A DNA stretch of 64,000 nucleotides from Phoronis australis (taxonomy: Eukaryota > Animalia > Phoronida): positions 261,139 through 325,138 of the forward strand of contig NMRA01000201.1 in NCBI GenBank assembly GCA_002633005.1, written 5' to 3'. Positions 13,680 to 28,027 of the stretch are shown one piece after another. The notes under the pieces are model-generated. The model was not told the DNA's origin, did no database searches, and saw only the letters and a program-made list of their open reading frames with translations. The position numbers and the translations under genes were made by a program. How positions within the stretch are numbered: position 1 is the first letter of the stretch; each line of letters opens with the position of its first letter.

Positions 13680-14073
13680 GTATTGGAAACAATTAACTCT
13701 TCAATATCCTAAGTTGTTTGTGTCATATGTTGGAAAATGTAAGGATAGAAAAGATGACCCTGCTTATTTGTGTTGTTTGAGTTGGAAGTTCTATAGAACT
13801 GTAAAATCACCAATTTTGGACAAAAATAAGTACTAAAATTGCCCTTTTCTCATTTTTCAAGTGCCTCTTAAATGGTTGTGAACGCGTACATATTTTCAAG
13901 ACATTGTTTGGTGTTGGTACTGAACATGAACATAGAAAAGCACGTCTTTCATGGAAAAATGAGAAAATAAAATTTCACTTGTCGGCCATATTGTGTCCCA
14001 AGTTACCATATTGTGGGATACACCTGTGTTCATTGTTTCACCAGTCTGTTCACTCTCTGTTTTCTCTTTCTAG

Positions 14074-14171
14074 TACTGAATCCTCAGTGTTTTACCTCTC
14101 TACAGAAGAACTGGCAGGACATGTCTAGACCTCCTCCGGGCATTATTGATCAACCAGTCAATGTTCACATG
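14074..14171 (+). CDS. WDR7: WDR7 exon
   Basis: ttctag/gtaagt; VLNPQCFTSLQKNWQDMSRPPPGIIDQPVNVHM (WDR7 SLQ...P.GIIDQ motif); phases fit. Confidence 0.9.
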
Positions 14172-14597
14172 GTAAGTTCTACATTGTACAATACTACTAA
14201 CTCTTAGCCGCGACCACTGCTATGTCATTATTCAATAGCGGCACCTGGTGTTACGCACATACTCTCTAACCAGAACACTAGTTGTGCATTAAAAGAGAGT
14301 GGCGCCTCCTCTGGGAATTCCATAAGAAATATCAAGAGTTGTGAATCTGTTGTTTATGTTCTATGGCTTAACTGGACCTGATTGTTGGATTTTTTGGGAT
14401 CTATAATTCTTGGAGACTCTTGAATTTCATACACAAAATAGTGGAAAAGTGGAAATCCATTTTGTTAAAGTTCTCAACAAAATTGGATATTAAGAAAGTT
14501 AACCGGGTTTTTACTATGCACCTGTCATTAAGTAACTGTCTTTCTCCCTGGACCTTGTCATATTCATCAAGTCAACTGTTATCCTTGGTTATTTTGA

Positions 14598-14804
<207 letters not shown>

Positions 14805-14907
14805 TGAGAGCTGATTGTGTATTTGTGTGGCATGTGTGAATGGTTCCACACTTTGTACAATACAGTTCGAGAATGTTTTGTCAAGTGGGCGTCACTCGGG
14901 CATCCAG

Positions 14908-15015
14908 AAGGGGCTGGGTGACATCTATGGAATGATTGGGGAACATCTAGAGGACGGGTGGGGGACATCTAGGGGAGGGCTGGGGGACATCTAGTGGAGG
15001 GCTTGGGGACATCTC
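14908..15015. repeat. G-rich ~22-bp minisatellite (ggggacatctag...)
   Basis: About 5 units of ggggacatctag-purine-rich spacer. Confidence 0.8.
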
Positions 15016-15483
15016 CATACAGTTGATGTATTATCTGCTTCGCTGGCAGCTGGTGCTCCCTTGCTGTCCTCTAAATGTCCTTCACTGCTGCGCGTTGGAC
15101 AAAATATATATAAAATGTGTTTGGATTCCATTTTAAAGGTGCTAAGGTTTGTTAGTAGATGAATGTAGCTGGGTAGTTTAGAAAAAAAGCTATGGGATTT
15201 GCAGCATTTTATTGAATGACCATAGTTGCCATTTCATGTCCCTCATCACAATCCATCCTCTGTGAAAGCGTAATGTAGTAGTTTTCAGCTCAATCCTCAC
15301 GTTAATACTACAGAGATGGGTCCAGGATACCCAGACTATCCCGTAGTTGGCCATTTTTGTGTTGCCGTAATGGATCATTCTTGAACTCCCCTTTTGTCTG
15401 TCCTCCGCCAGACCTTATCAGGGTCTGTGCCTGTTAGTTGTTCAAGGTGGTTTGTAGACACCCGACAATTATTACATTTCTAG

Positions 15484-15704
15484 ACCTGCCATACCAGAAA
15501 GTTCTTCATGGCCACAGTGGCCAAGTGAGCTGTCTTCTCTATCCGTTCAATGAGAGTACACGTTATGAGCCACAGTACATGGTGTCGGGCGGGGTCGACT
15601 TCTCCGTCATACTCTGGGATATCTACACTGGCACACTGCTCCATTCATTCTCTGTACATGGCGGTGAGATTACCCAGCTGTGCTGTCCACCTGAAAAGTG
15701 TAAT
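15484..15704 (+). CDS. WDR7: WDR7 exon (WD40 repeats)
   Basis: ttctag/gtgagt; VLHGHSGQVSCLLYP...VSGGVDFSVILWDIYTG...HGGEITQLCCPPEKCN. Confidence 0.96.
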
Positions 15705-16053
15705 GTGAGTATCTTGTGGCACAAACAATATGCTAATTATCCACTTACGTCACACCAAAATCGCCATTTTTTAGTTTTTCAAAAGTTGATTACTTTGTTG
15801 CCATACAGTGTCCTCAATTCGTGAGATTTTCCCACAGTAATTACTTATAAACCCAACCTGTATGCCTGTAAACTCACCAACTTACAAATGCATGTCAGGA
15901 CTCACAAATAGGACTGAAAACCATGATGTATCATGTCAGACGGTATGTGAGCCATGTTTGTGGGTTGGGAAGTGGTGTTATGATTTTGGCATAAGATTAT
16001 GTTTAGTGGTCAGCGAGTTGAGTTCATTGGGCCCTTGAGCCAGGTTTATCAAT

Positions 16054-16390
16054 GGGTGTAATCTTTGTACTTGAAATCGAAACTCACGATTATTTTTGAC
16101 ATTTCCATTCTGATGTAATACAAACTCAAGAAAAGTGTCTATAATTCTATGCTCAAGTAGATTACGGTTTATGCGGTTGAGTTTCTAGTCCAAATTCACA
16201 CTTGATGACCCCCAGATATGAGCTACAAACTCGAGTGAAAACTCAAAATTTCGAGTAAAAACTTGGAATTTAAGAGTTGTGACTCGAATTTAAGCTTTAA
16301 TGCTGGGGACACCAAGTTTGTATTAAAGTAGAATGGAAAATGTCAGGAAAAAGTTTTGAGTTGGATTCCAAGTACAAATGTCAGAGCCCA
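16054..16390. mobile_element. MITE family B copy 2
   Basis: gggtgtaatctttgtacttgaaatcgaaactcacgattatttttgacatttcc ... ttttgagttggattccaagtacaaatgtcagagccc; collinear with 6376-6754. Confidence 0.75.
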
Positions 16391-17201
16391 AGCCATGAGT
16401 GCAACAGCCATGTTGGTTCCACCTTTTGATTAGTTGGCTTGTACATAACTTCCAGAAGATGCTAGCTAGGGCATACCTGGTGAAATAGATGTGTCAAAAT
16501 TAGAATTTGGCAAAGAAACTATTAATGCAGTTTGTGTTGTATTTATACATGACACAAGCGTTGTCCCCAATAATATTTGAATGAGTTGTTTCAACTCACC
16601 CTGCCCTCAATCCTCTTAGAGATGGGTTGGTAAAATTTTTTACTTCCGCACTTCTCACCGACTGTGGGGGGGGCAATCATTTTTTTGCCGAAAAAGTATT
16701 CTTTTATTAGACTTGAGAAATTATCTTGAGTCGCACAGATATTTTTCCGTTGTTCACATGAGGGGAAACCAACTTAATTGCAATTTTTAGGTGACATCTT
16801 GAATCATGGTTGTTTTTGTTAAAAACAAAAGCCAATAAATGAGATGTCTTGATAGATTTGTGAGTAGTGGTAATTATTAATTATGTGTTATAATTTGGGG
16901 CTACGATAACCGCAAGATCTAGGGTTGACAATTTTATAGTCGCAAATAATCAGTTGCAAGCAAACTTCCTCCATTTATTTGGCTTCGTCTTTGAAAACAG
17001 TTCGAACAAAAACTTATATGACTGACTAATACTCTGCAAACTGTCGCTAGTGGCAGCACTAATGGTACACCAATCTAATGGTGATAGCCACAAAGTGACA
17101 TAATGGCCATATTAACACCACAGAGACAAACTAAAACTATAATACTGATGCATTGCAGGAACATCAATCTTAACTTTAAAATATATCATGCGTGTGGTTA
17201 A

Positions 17202-17480
<279 letters not shown>

Positions 17481-17886
17481 TAATGCACATCCTTTCTGAT
17501 AAGGATCTCAAAATTCACTAGGTGGCACTAGTGAAATGACAGTCTTTGTTTGAAAAATGCATGCAATTAGGTAGCCATGTTGGATCCTTATTAACGTTAT
17601 AGAGAGAAGACTTCCTTCATTGTATTAACATCAACAGCTGAATGTCAAATCTTCCATTGATGCATACTCACACTTACAATGTAATTTTAGCCTGTTCGTG
17701 CTCCTGTTGATATTTTATTAAGATTTTGAATCTTGCCCTCCTAGCTCAGATTAAGAAATAATTCCAAACTTTGGAATACAGCAAATCCTGCTCTGCAGGT
17801 TGTGTGTCCAGGGTAAAGTTTATAAACTTGCGGAGATTGCAGGTTTTTGGGGCTTTTAACTCTGCTTGCTATGGCTCTTTTGACAG

Positions 17887-18207
17887 GAAACTTGGATCGT
17901 GTTGTTCATGGTGTTACGGCAGAGGAGATCCTCAACGCATGCGACACCAATACAAACATGGGAGAACAACTGGTCAACCCCACCATCAGCCTAGCGCAGG
18001 CCTTCCGACGACGCAACTTGGCAGCTTTCCAGAAACTGGCTCAGCAGAAGATTGTTGAAGCGGCTAACCTGAGCTCACAGCAGACACAAGGTGTCACTGG
18101 TATCAGTGGCCGACAACTGGCCTACCCATTACTGATACAGGGGTTGAGAGCGAACACCAAGGACCCTGACGCTCACGTGCTATTCTTTGACACAGAGGCA
18201 TTGATAG
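17887..18207 (+). CDS. WDR7: WDR7 exon
   Basis: tgacag/gtatga; LDRVVHGVTAEEILNACD...LAQAFRRRNLAA...DPDAHVLFFDTEALI. Confidence 0.95.
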
Positions 18208-19035
18208 GTATGAAACTTGCTCACGTAACTTTACCGTTTTTTCAGTCAGTTGAATGGCAGTGAATGGTATTTCTGGTAATTTCTCGATCTTTACATTATC
18301 AGTAACTTATCTTGTGCATACCTACATATTTGAGGACTGAGCTGTGTCTGGAGCTCTGTAATTCGATTACGTCTCATACAGTACATGCCCACATTATTCA
18401 GACAAAATACCTAAAATTCTCTGTCATGATGGCTGGTAGGAAGCCAAATTCATCGTAGGTTTCCCTCATGACTGAGAGTTGTCTCCCTTGATGACTGAGA
18501 ATGAAGGGGAATTAAAAGGACAGTTAATGAGGTGACTAAGCCATTCTGTAATTAGAATTTTGGCCCCATAATAGCCATTACCAGTCATTTTTTGCTGTTA
18601 ACAGAATAAGCTGTCGTGACGCGGGCAAGTGGCATTTTGTTTGATTACTTTTATCATATGCTCTACAAATATTTGAAAACTTAGGCTACTATAGTTAATT
18701 CTTGTTCGTCATTGTGGACTTTGAGTGGGAGACTTTCTGTTATAATCTAAATGTATTATTTGTAACGTGGCTATAAAACTGAGCTCTGTCCAAGAAGCAA
18801 ACTTTTTATTTAATAATCCTTTCACCACTGTAAAATTGGTCTCAACTTATCCTTTACATAGATGGGAAGTGGTTTCTTGGTTCGCGAAGAACTGATGGTT
18901 CATTATTTCAGTACATAAAATGACACGCCATGACAAGCCACCTTGTAGAGCCTAGTCTCCAGCAATAACGAAATGTCATTTTTTTTCCAAGCCCTGAAAT
19001 CACTTTATGATCACTGTAAATTTCATCGTTTCCAG

Positions 19036-19242
19036 TTCAACTTCTCAATGAGGAGTATGCTGCCATGTCACCCCTTACAAGAGAAGCACATGGGCTGTCA
19101 AACCCAGATCTATCAGTACTTGCACCTGGTGATGGTCAGAGGTCAAAGGGTGGACCACAGCGTCCTCCGCCTCCTCGACCCCCTCCACCTGAAAGACGTC
19201 ATCCCAGCCCAAAACACCAAGACTCGGCCGATAACATTCTAG
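19036..19242 (+). CDS. WDR7: WDR7 exon (contains Pro-rich insert)
   Basis: ttccag/gtttgc; VQLLNEEYAAMSPLTREAHGLSNPD...RPPPPRPPPPERRHPSP; phase 1/1. Confidence 0.88.
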   Translation, partial: FNFSMRSMLPCHPLQEKHMGCQTQIYQYLHLVMVRGQRVDHSVLRLLDPLHLKDVIPAQNTKTRPITF

Positions 19243-19620
19243 GTTTGCTTGTTCGCTTAATCATTTTCTAAAGTATTGATTCTTTCTTTTCAATTGAATG
19301 ATATGTTATTTGTCCTCAGAATGTGTACCACACTGAATCTCACGTCGCACACTTATCAACAAAAGTGTTGAAAATAATTTATTTTCTAGTCTACAAATAA
19401 GTTTGCTCATATCCAACTGGGACTATACTAAATCTTTACGCAATAGGCTAAGCTAGAGACATCATCAAAAGATTTCCGATAAGGAATTTCTGTTGCTGAT
19501 AACAAATTAAATTTATTATCCGCTGTCTTTGGTCGGTTGTTTTTTGTTTTGAGCTGCTCTAGGAGCATTCATAAAATGTTTAGCCTTTGATCTGATAACA
19601 TTGATACTTCTTTTTCAAAG

Positions 19621-20194
19621 TTATAATGGCCAAGGTAAAGGAGACAGCAGAAAATGTCGGCAAACAAATACAACAGAACTTTGCTGAGACAGCAGGTGTC
19701 AGCACCAGTCCCCGTGGCTCTCCGGCACTACGGAGTAGAAATTCGCTCCCTCGCCCGCCCCAGCTGTCGCCTGATCAAAATTTAACCATGGAGATAGCAC
19801 AGCTGTTCCTGTCTTGTCTGCATGCGTGGGGACTTGACCCAGACTTGGACAAGTTGTGTACAAGCAAACTAGGTCTCCTGCAACCCAAGAGTGCTATTTC
19901 GTTTGGTTTACTGTCCCGCGGAGGACACATGTCACTGTTACTTCCTGGTTGGTATCATCGGGCGAAAGTTACGGCAGAAAAATCATCGCAGAAAGCCGGT
20001 GTGCGAGAGCAGAGCCAACCGACGGAAATGAGCATAGCAATACAGTTGTTGACCAATGCTCATTGGCAGATCTCTGAAGCCGTGACGACCAATCACCTTC
20101 TGTCTGTTGTCTCCGTAGCGAACACTCTGATGAGTATGAATCACGCCTCATTCATTCCCAGTAGGCTGCAAGTACCAAAGTCATCACTGCATAG
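19621..20194 (+). CDS. WDR7: WDR7 exon
   Basis: tcaaag/gtttgt; NLTMEIAQLFLSCLHAWGLDPDLD...SFGLLSRGGHMSLLLPG...AVTTNHLLSVVSVANTLMSM. Confidence 0.96.
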
Positions 20195-20633
20195 GTTTGT
20201 GAGAAATAAATTGAGATGTCAACGAGACTAACTACATGTAATGTAGGTTACTGACAGTAGTGGGGGCTGTTTTAGTTGGGTGGTTTCCGTGTGGCTTTTG
20301 TTCTTTTTATGATGGTCTCTTCTCATAGCGATTATACATGACCTTTTGATATTTTTGTTGGATGTTATACTATTTATTATAAGTTAATTATAGATTCAAA
20401 GTATTTGTTTGAATATACTTGTTGTTTCGAATGACAGCTTAGCTAAATAACTTGTAAGGGCATCTGTCTCTCTTGTTTTCTGAGAGTGATTTGTAGCATC
20501 TCAGTGAATTCTGTTGAAAAGTACGTGATCTTTTATATCAGATGAAACTAGGAAAATCTGGTATGATTTACTTCTCTTGCAAAATTTTCCATCATTCATT
20601 AGATTTTATTGGTTGTCTGTAGTCATTAGTTAA

Positions 20634-20894
<261 letters not shown>

Positions 20895-21107
20895 TAAATT
20901 TGGTCTGTAAAATGTTCAGACATTTTAGTGGAATCTTGGACATAAATTTTATGTATGAATGATGGTCAGGTTTATAGCTTTCTAGTATCCAGTATTCAGT
21001 GGAGACCAAAAAACTAAGCTTAGCTTGACTGTGTAAGAAGTGTATTTGGTTGGCGATCCTTCGCCAGAACTTTCTTCTAGTTGAGTATTTTCCAGTTCTG
21101 TTTGTGA

Positions 21108-21501
<394 letters not shown>

Positions 21502-21503
21502 NT

Positions 21504-21611
<108 letters not shown>

Positions 21612-21745
21612 TAAATTTGGTCTGTAAAATGTTCAGACATTTTAGTGGAATCTTGGACATAAATTTTATGTATGAATGATGGTCAGGTTTATAGCTTTCT
21701 AGTATCCAGTATTCAGTGGAGACCAAAAAACTAAGCTTAGCTTGA

Positions 21746-22216
<471 letters not shown>

Positions 22217-22252
22217 TAACTTTTGTTTTGTTGTTGCCTTTTAGCCAGTTAA

Positions 22253-22594
22253 ATCAACATTATTGACGAGAAAATTGATCTTCTGATAATGACCCTGGCG
22301 TAGATTCGAACCAGTAATCCAGCTGAATGCTCTGCTGGATGAGTTGAATCTCACTGTATAAATGGCATGGTAATTTCTACATAAATTATGTAACTGGTAG
22401 AGTCACCTACCTTAATATCAGTAAATGTCTGGCAGACATCGGCGATAATTGGCGTTTTGTGATAAAATTGCAAAAACGCAAAGGATTTTATTGTTTTATA
22501 GCTCTGGTCAAAACTGATTACTTCAAAAAGTCTATCCCATCCAACAGTAACCCCAAAGCTATGTTTTTCGGCCGTAAAGATGATAACGCCCCTT
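22253..22594 (+). mobile_element. TTAA-flanked MITE family C (Kolobok/T2-like), diverged copy
   Basis: Shares gttttatagctctggtcaaa, gtctatcccatc.aaca.taa.cccaaa, ggccgtaaa and cct|ttaa end with 35182-35485. Confidence 0.7.
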
Positions 22595-23364
22595 TAACTG
22601 GTATGGTGAGAACAAATGTGGCAGACAAGTGACATTTTATTTTTAAAAATTTTCAGAAAAATATGCAGCATCAAATTAACGCTTCGCCATGTTCAAGTCC
22701 TGAGCAATACGTACGTTCCAAAAATGTCTTGCAAAAGTGGACATTAACAACAATGCGAGAAGCCCTTGAAAAATGAAAAAAGATAATTTGGAAACTACTT
22801 TTGTCTGAAATTTGTGAGATTTTACCGCATATAAATTTATTAGTTGAGATTTCAGTCCACTGTTGTCTCAGTGTTGGATGCCTTTTGAAGTGTTATGTGA
22901 TGTATTGGCTGAAAACTTGAGAGTGACAACAGTCCTTGGAAACACAACTGTCAAGCATATAAAATAACCCCAAAGATATGGAAATTCATGACAAAAGCAA
23001 ATTCTTGAATTGGAGGGTAATTGAAGGCATAATTTTAGAAAGAATACAGAAGGAGGGAAAATTCTTAGTTTGATAATTAATATCTATCAATTAAAAGTAA
23101 ATTCTTGAATAATATTGTTATCTTTTGTTCATTCAAGTGTCTATGAGCATATTCACAAAGTTCAGAAATAATCAGTTGTTTCATTGCGACACCACTAATC
23201 CATGTTAGGTGTAAATGTTTTTCGATCCATTTCAGGAATGTGCGCTTATTTGGACTCTGATGATTTGTGGAATGTAACTTTATTTTAAAATTTCTGCTAA
23301 GGCCAGGAAAGCATAATTGGTTCTGGATTCTGTTATTTTTGAGTCAGTGGGAAATTTCTTTTAG

Positions 23365-23868
<504 letters not shown>

Positions 23869-24593
23869 TAGATCTGTGTTCTCACTATCTAAACTGAGCT
23901 TGAAGTTGCTCACAGTTATAACTGTTATGTAATCGCTAATGTTCACACTGAGAGTTACAGCATTTAAACCGTGCATGAAAAAACACACATACTACAGCAG
24001 TTGTGCGTGTTTCCATCTCTTCTCATTTGGCTCAGCTGAACTCAATGCCTGACATTTTGGCAACTTGGTCGATCGCACAAGGCAATAATGACAAAAGAGA
24101 GTTGCGTTAAGGACAGTGAGGCTTGATTTGCTTGGATGACTTTTATCATTCAATCAGGCTACATTATGATGTTTTGTTAGTAATTGTATTCTTTATCGGT
24201 TTAGTGTCTGTAACTTTTTTGTTTTTAGACACTGGCACTGGACTTGATTGAGGTTCATGTTGTTGTTGCTACTGTGTTTTCTCGATCCCCTGACTGCTTC
24301 TGTCCCGCAAATTTTGAATGTGGAATGTACTTGGCTCCAGTGTCTTGCAGTGTTGAACTATAACCTTCAGTGTGTCATGGTTGACACAGTGTCTGACCCT
24401 GTTTCTCTGTATAGCATGTCTTTTTCCCAGAATGTTGGCCTTGTCACTTAAGGTTCTGCTTTTTTTTTCAAATACATTTCTCATTTTGTCATTTTTCTCT
24501 TTTAAGTCACTCAAGTCATGAGCAGTAGTGTATTTATGTTGAAACTTCTGGGCACACACAACTAGCAAAAGCACACTGCTTTTTTAAGTGAAA

Positions 24594-25196
24594 GAGTCAT
24601 TTTTGACTAGTCACCCTTGTTATCTGCAAAAGTGTCCTGCCGTCCTATTGGCAACTGAGGTTACTTCGTTCATGTCCTCAAGATCATGAAATGTTCTGGC
24701 ATGTGTTGTAGATGTCAGTCCTTAGTCGCCATCTTGTGTTCCTTCACCGTATTTCAGTATTATTACATTTGCCATTCTGTGTTCCTTCACCGTATTTCAG
24801 TATTATTACATTCGCCATTCTGTGTTCCTTCACCGTATTTCAGTATTATTACATTTGCCATTCTGTGTTCCTTCACCGTATTTCAGTATTATTACATTTG
24901 GGCTAGATGCAGTTACAGTGTGTGTGTTTATTTGTTTATCATTCTCCATCTGCGACGCGTAGTTGTATTTTCTTTGGCAGTAAGCTTGTTTCTCTCTACA
25001 CTTTTTATTTCATTTTATATTGTAAATTACACCGATCATTGACACAAGATGAGAGCTTGTCTTGTTCTTATTGGAATGCACCATTAGTGCACTCTTTATC
25101 TGAGAAGGGTTCTTCAAGGGTTTTCTATTCTCTCCACCTTGCAAGACTAGTAGTCACCGAGAACAAGTCATGTGTTGGTCTGAATTGGAGCGTTAA
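24594..25196 (+). repeat. Duplicated segment, copy 1 (partner 26313-26786)
   Basis: gagtcatttttgactagtcacc ... tgaattggagcgttaa present twice with scattered SNPs. Confidence 0.95.
24728..24899. repeat. 43-bp tandem repeat x4
   Basis: gccattctgtgttccttcaccgtatttcagtattattacattt x4; a single unit in the partner copy (~26447-26489). Confidence 0.95.
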
Positions 25197-25316
25197 AGGC
25201 GAAGGCAACCTTTTTTCATGTCATTTTGAGCTAAAATAAGGTTGGTTAGTTATCCTAGACATATTTTCCACTTAATTACAGCTTTTCGTAATTTTATTAA
25301 TTACTCGTCCGCTACT

Positions 25317-25355
25317 CCGGAAGTGACGTTTTAGGAGGCAAGCATTTCGCGCCAA
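25317..25355 (+). promoter_or_regulatory. ETS-CRE composite (CCGGAAGTGACGT) and E2F-like site (TTTCGCGCCAA) upstream of THAP ORF
   Basis: Exact motifs at 25317-25329 and 25345-25355, 110-145 bp before ATG 25462. Function is inferred only. Confidence 0.5.
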
Positions 25356-25461
25356 TTTCTTTTCATATAGTCCGACTGTGAGAGCTGCCGAGTCAGTCAT
25401 TGTTCTACCTCGGTTATGTTGAGTTCCGTCATCGTTTGCTTTCATTTACTAGTCAGTCAAC

Positions 25462-25568
25462 ATGCCATACTGTTGCTGCGTACCAGGATGTACTAATTAT
25501 GGGCTCACGCGCGCTTTGGGAGTACCTTTGCATCGCTTTCCGATGGATGACAAACTTCGCCGTACTTG
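25462..25568 (+). CDS. THAP zinc-finger domain N-terminus (partial, runs into gap)
   Basis: MPYCCCVPGCTNYGLTRALGVPLHRFPMDDKLRRT(tg.): CxVxGC-N ... LHRFP ... RR-W THAP signature; last bases tg are compatible with the conserved Trp. Confidence 0.85.
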
Positions 25569-25926
25569 NNNNNNNNNNNNNNNNNNNNNNNNNNNNNNNN
25601 NNNNNNNNNNNNNNNNNNNNNNNNNNNNNNNNNNNNNNNNNNNNNNNNNNNNNNNNNNNNNNNNNNNNNNNNNNNNNNNNNNNNNNNNNNNNNNNNNNNN
25701 NNNNNNNNNNNNNNNNNNNNNNNNNNNNNNNNNNNNNNNNNNNNNNNNNNNNNNNNNNNNNNNNNNNNNNNNNNNNNNNNNNNNNNNNNNNNNNNNNNNN
25801 NNNNNNNNNNNNNNNNNNNNNNNNNNNNNNNNNNNNNNNNNNNNNNNNNNNNNNNNNNNNNNNNNNNNNNNNNNNNNNNNNNNNNNNNNNNNNNNNNNNN
25901 NNNNNNNNNNNNNNNNNNNNNNNNNN
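25569..25926. other. Assembly gap (358 N)
   Basis: Run of n characters. Confidence 1.
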
Positions 25927-26312
25927 GACCTCTGTATTTTCATAGGTCTTCAGGTGTATACTTTGTGTTACTTCGTGACTATGAAGGAAAAGTTCCAAGT
26001 AGAAATTTGTTTCTGGCATTCTAATGCTGTGCTAATCTCGTATGTTGGTAAATTTGTTTTTAATTCTATGTTTCTGTGGTACTTTAAGCAACTGATGTAT
26101 AGGATGTGCTTGTATTATGAAGATCACTCACATTTTGCCCCTTGGCCTATTGAAGAGACAATGACCATGCCTTTCCATTTTGCAAAGTGCAACATACTAC
26201 ATATATGCCCTCTACTGGCCACTTTATGGTACCAATAAACAACCCTAGAAGGATACCGTATATGGTGCAATTGTGGGCGCATTTCAGCGCTCTGCGTTGC
26301 TCTTGTTTAACT

Positions 26313-26786
26313 GAGTCATTTTTGACTAGTCACCCTTGTCATCTGCAAAAGTGTCCTGCCGTCCTATTGGCAACTGAGGTTACCTCGTTCATGTCCTCAA
26401 GATCACGAAATGTTCTGGCCTGTGTTGTAGATGTCAGTCCTTAGTCACCATTCTGTGTTCCTTCACCGTATTTCAGTATTATTACATTTGGGCTAGATGC
26501 AATTACAGTGTGTGTCTTTATTTGTTTATCATTCTCCATCTGCGACGCATAGTTGTATTTTCTTTGGCAGTAAACTTGTTTCTCTCTGCACTTTTTATTT
26601 CATTTTATATTGTATATTACATCGATCATTGACACAGGATGAGAGCTTGTCTTGTTCTTATTGAAACGCACCATTAGTGCACTATTTATCTGAGAAGGAT
26701 TCTTCAAGGGTTTTCTATTCTCTCCACCTGGCAAGACTAGCAGTCACCGAGAACAAGTCATGTGTTGGTCTGAATTGGAGCGTTAA
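26313..26786 (+). repeat. Duplicated segment, copy 2 (empty TTAA site)
   Basis: Matches 24594-25196; continues ttaa|tcccatcag instead of ttaa|aggcgaagg. Confidence 0.95.
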
Positions 26787-27826
26787 TCCCATCAGATGAC
26801 TAGTCTTACCACCTGCGGTGAACGGACATCGAAATCAATAAAACACCGTAGAAATTCTTCATTGGAGAACACAATATCGTAAACAAGAGAAATTTCATTT
26901 TGTCAAATTACTCAACTTAAAAGTAACTTTTAAGAAAATTTTGCCTTGTTTAAAACAAGTTGGTTTTTGTAATGGATTGTCAGGTTACAATTGACACAGT
27001 TTTTGACTTCGGTTTATTGTAAAAAGTCTGGGTTTCAACTTTTTGCATTGGATGACATTAAGCAATTTACAACTATTCAGCTGGAAGGTCTTAAATTATC
27101 CCTCAACATTCATTATCCAAATATCGTGAGACTGTATCAAAATAAATTCATAATTCTAAGGTTGTTTTATAGGTTTTTGAAGTATAAAAGTTACAATATG
27201 TCATGTTTATTTGCACACGGCCTCCTTAACTCGATCAAAACCTCGTTAACTCGATCATATTCAGTGTGTACAAATTTTAGTGTGGAATTTTTTGTCAATC
27301 TTAATGCCTTAATGTATGACTTATTCGACTTTCCTTAAGTTTATAGTCTCTCAAACTTTGACTGTTAAATCAGAAAGTGTCCATGGTGTTTTCACAGCAC
27401 GTAGTAACTTTTTAAATATGATAGTATCAATGTGACTAAATACATATACAGCACACGACAAAATTATTGGACCATTTCATCGCCTTTACAGTTAATTCTG
27501 TTAACTTCAAAAGTTACAGGTTATGAGTATTACTGCAGCAAAATTCTAGTTACAGAATGGCTTTGCCACTTTACTAACTTTCCTGATAATTCTCCTTTAG
27601 TTCATTCTCGGTCATGAGGGAAGACTACTCGGACTGGGAATTAACTTCCACCCAGATGTCAGGGGGAATTCTGGGCCGTTTTGTCTACATAATTTTGTCG
27701 TGTATGGTATGGCTGTGTATAACTTTATTTTCCTGTTTTGGTACCATTTGATTGGTGAAACTTTTTGTCCTGAAGTGATGAAAGCAAAAGAAATAATATC
27801 GTCTTAATTTAAAACTATTTGATTAA

Positions 27827-28027
<201 letters not shown>

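Larger units (their letters stand above)
25197..25568 (+). mobile_element. 5' end of a THAP-encoding DNA transposon (Kolobok-like), truncated by assembly gap
   Basis: Starts ttaa|agg exactly where the two duplicated copies diverge; contains the start of a THAP ORF. TTAA target, RR terminus and THAP domain are Kolobok hallmarks. Confidence 0.72.

Noticed and set aside
24686-25042. ORFs with repeated ILCSFTVFQYYYI peptide
   Set aside because: Translation of the 43-bp intronic tandem repeat; no splice-compatible role.
25400-26238. Long ORFs spanning the N-run
   Set aside because: Length is an artefact of the gap; only the THAP start at 25462-25568 is credible.
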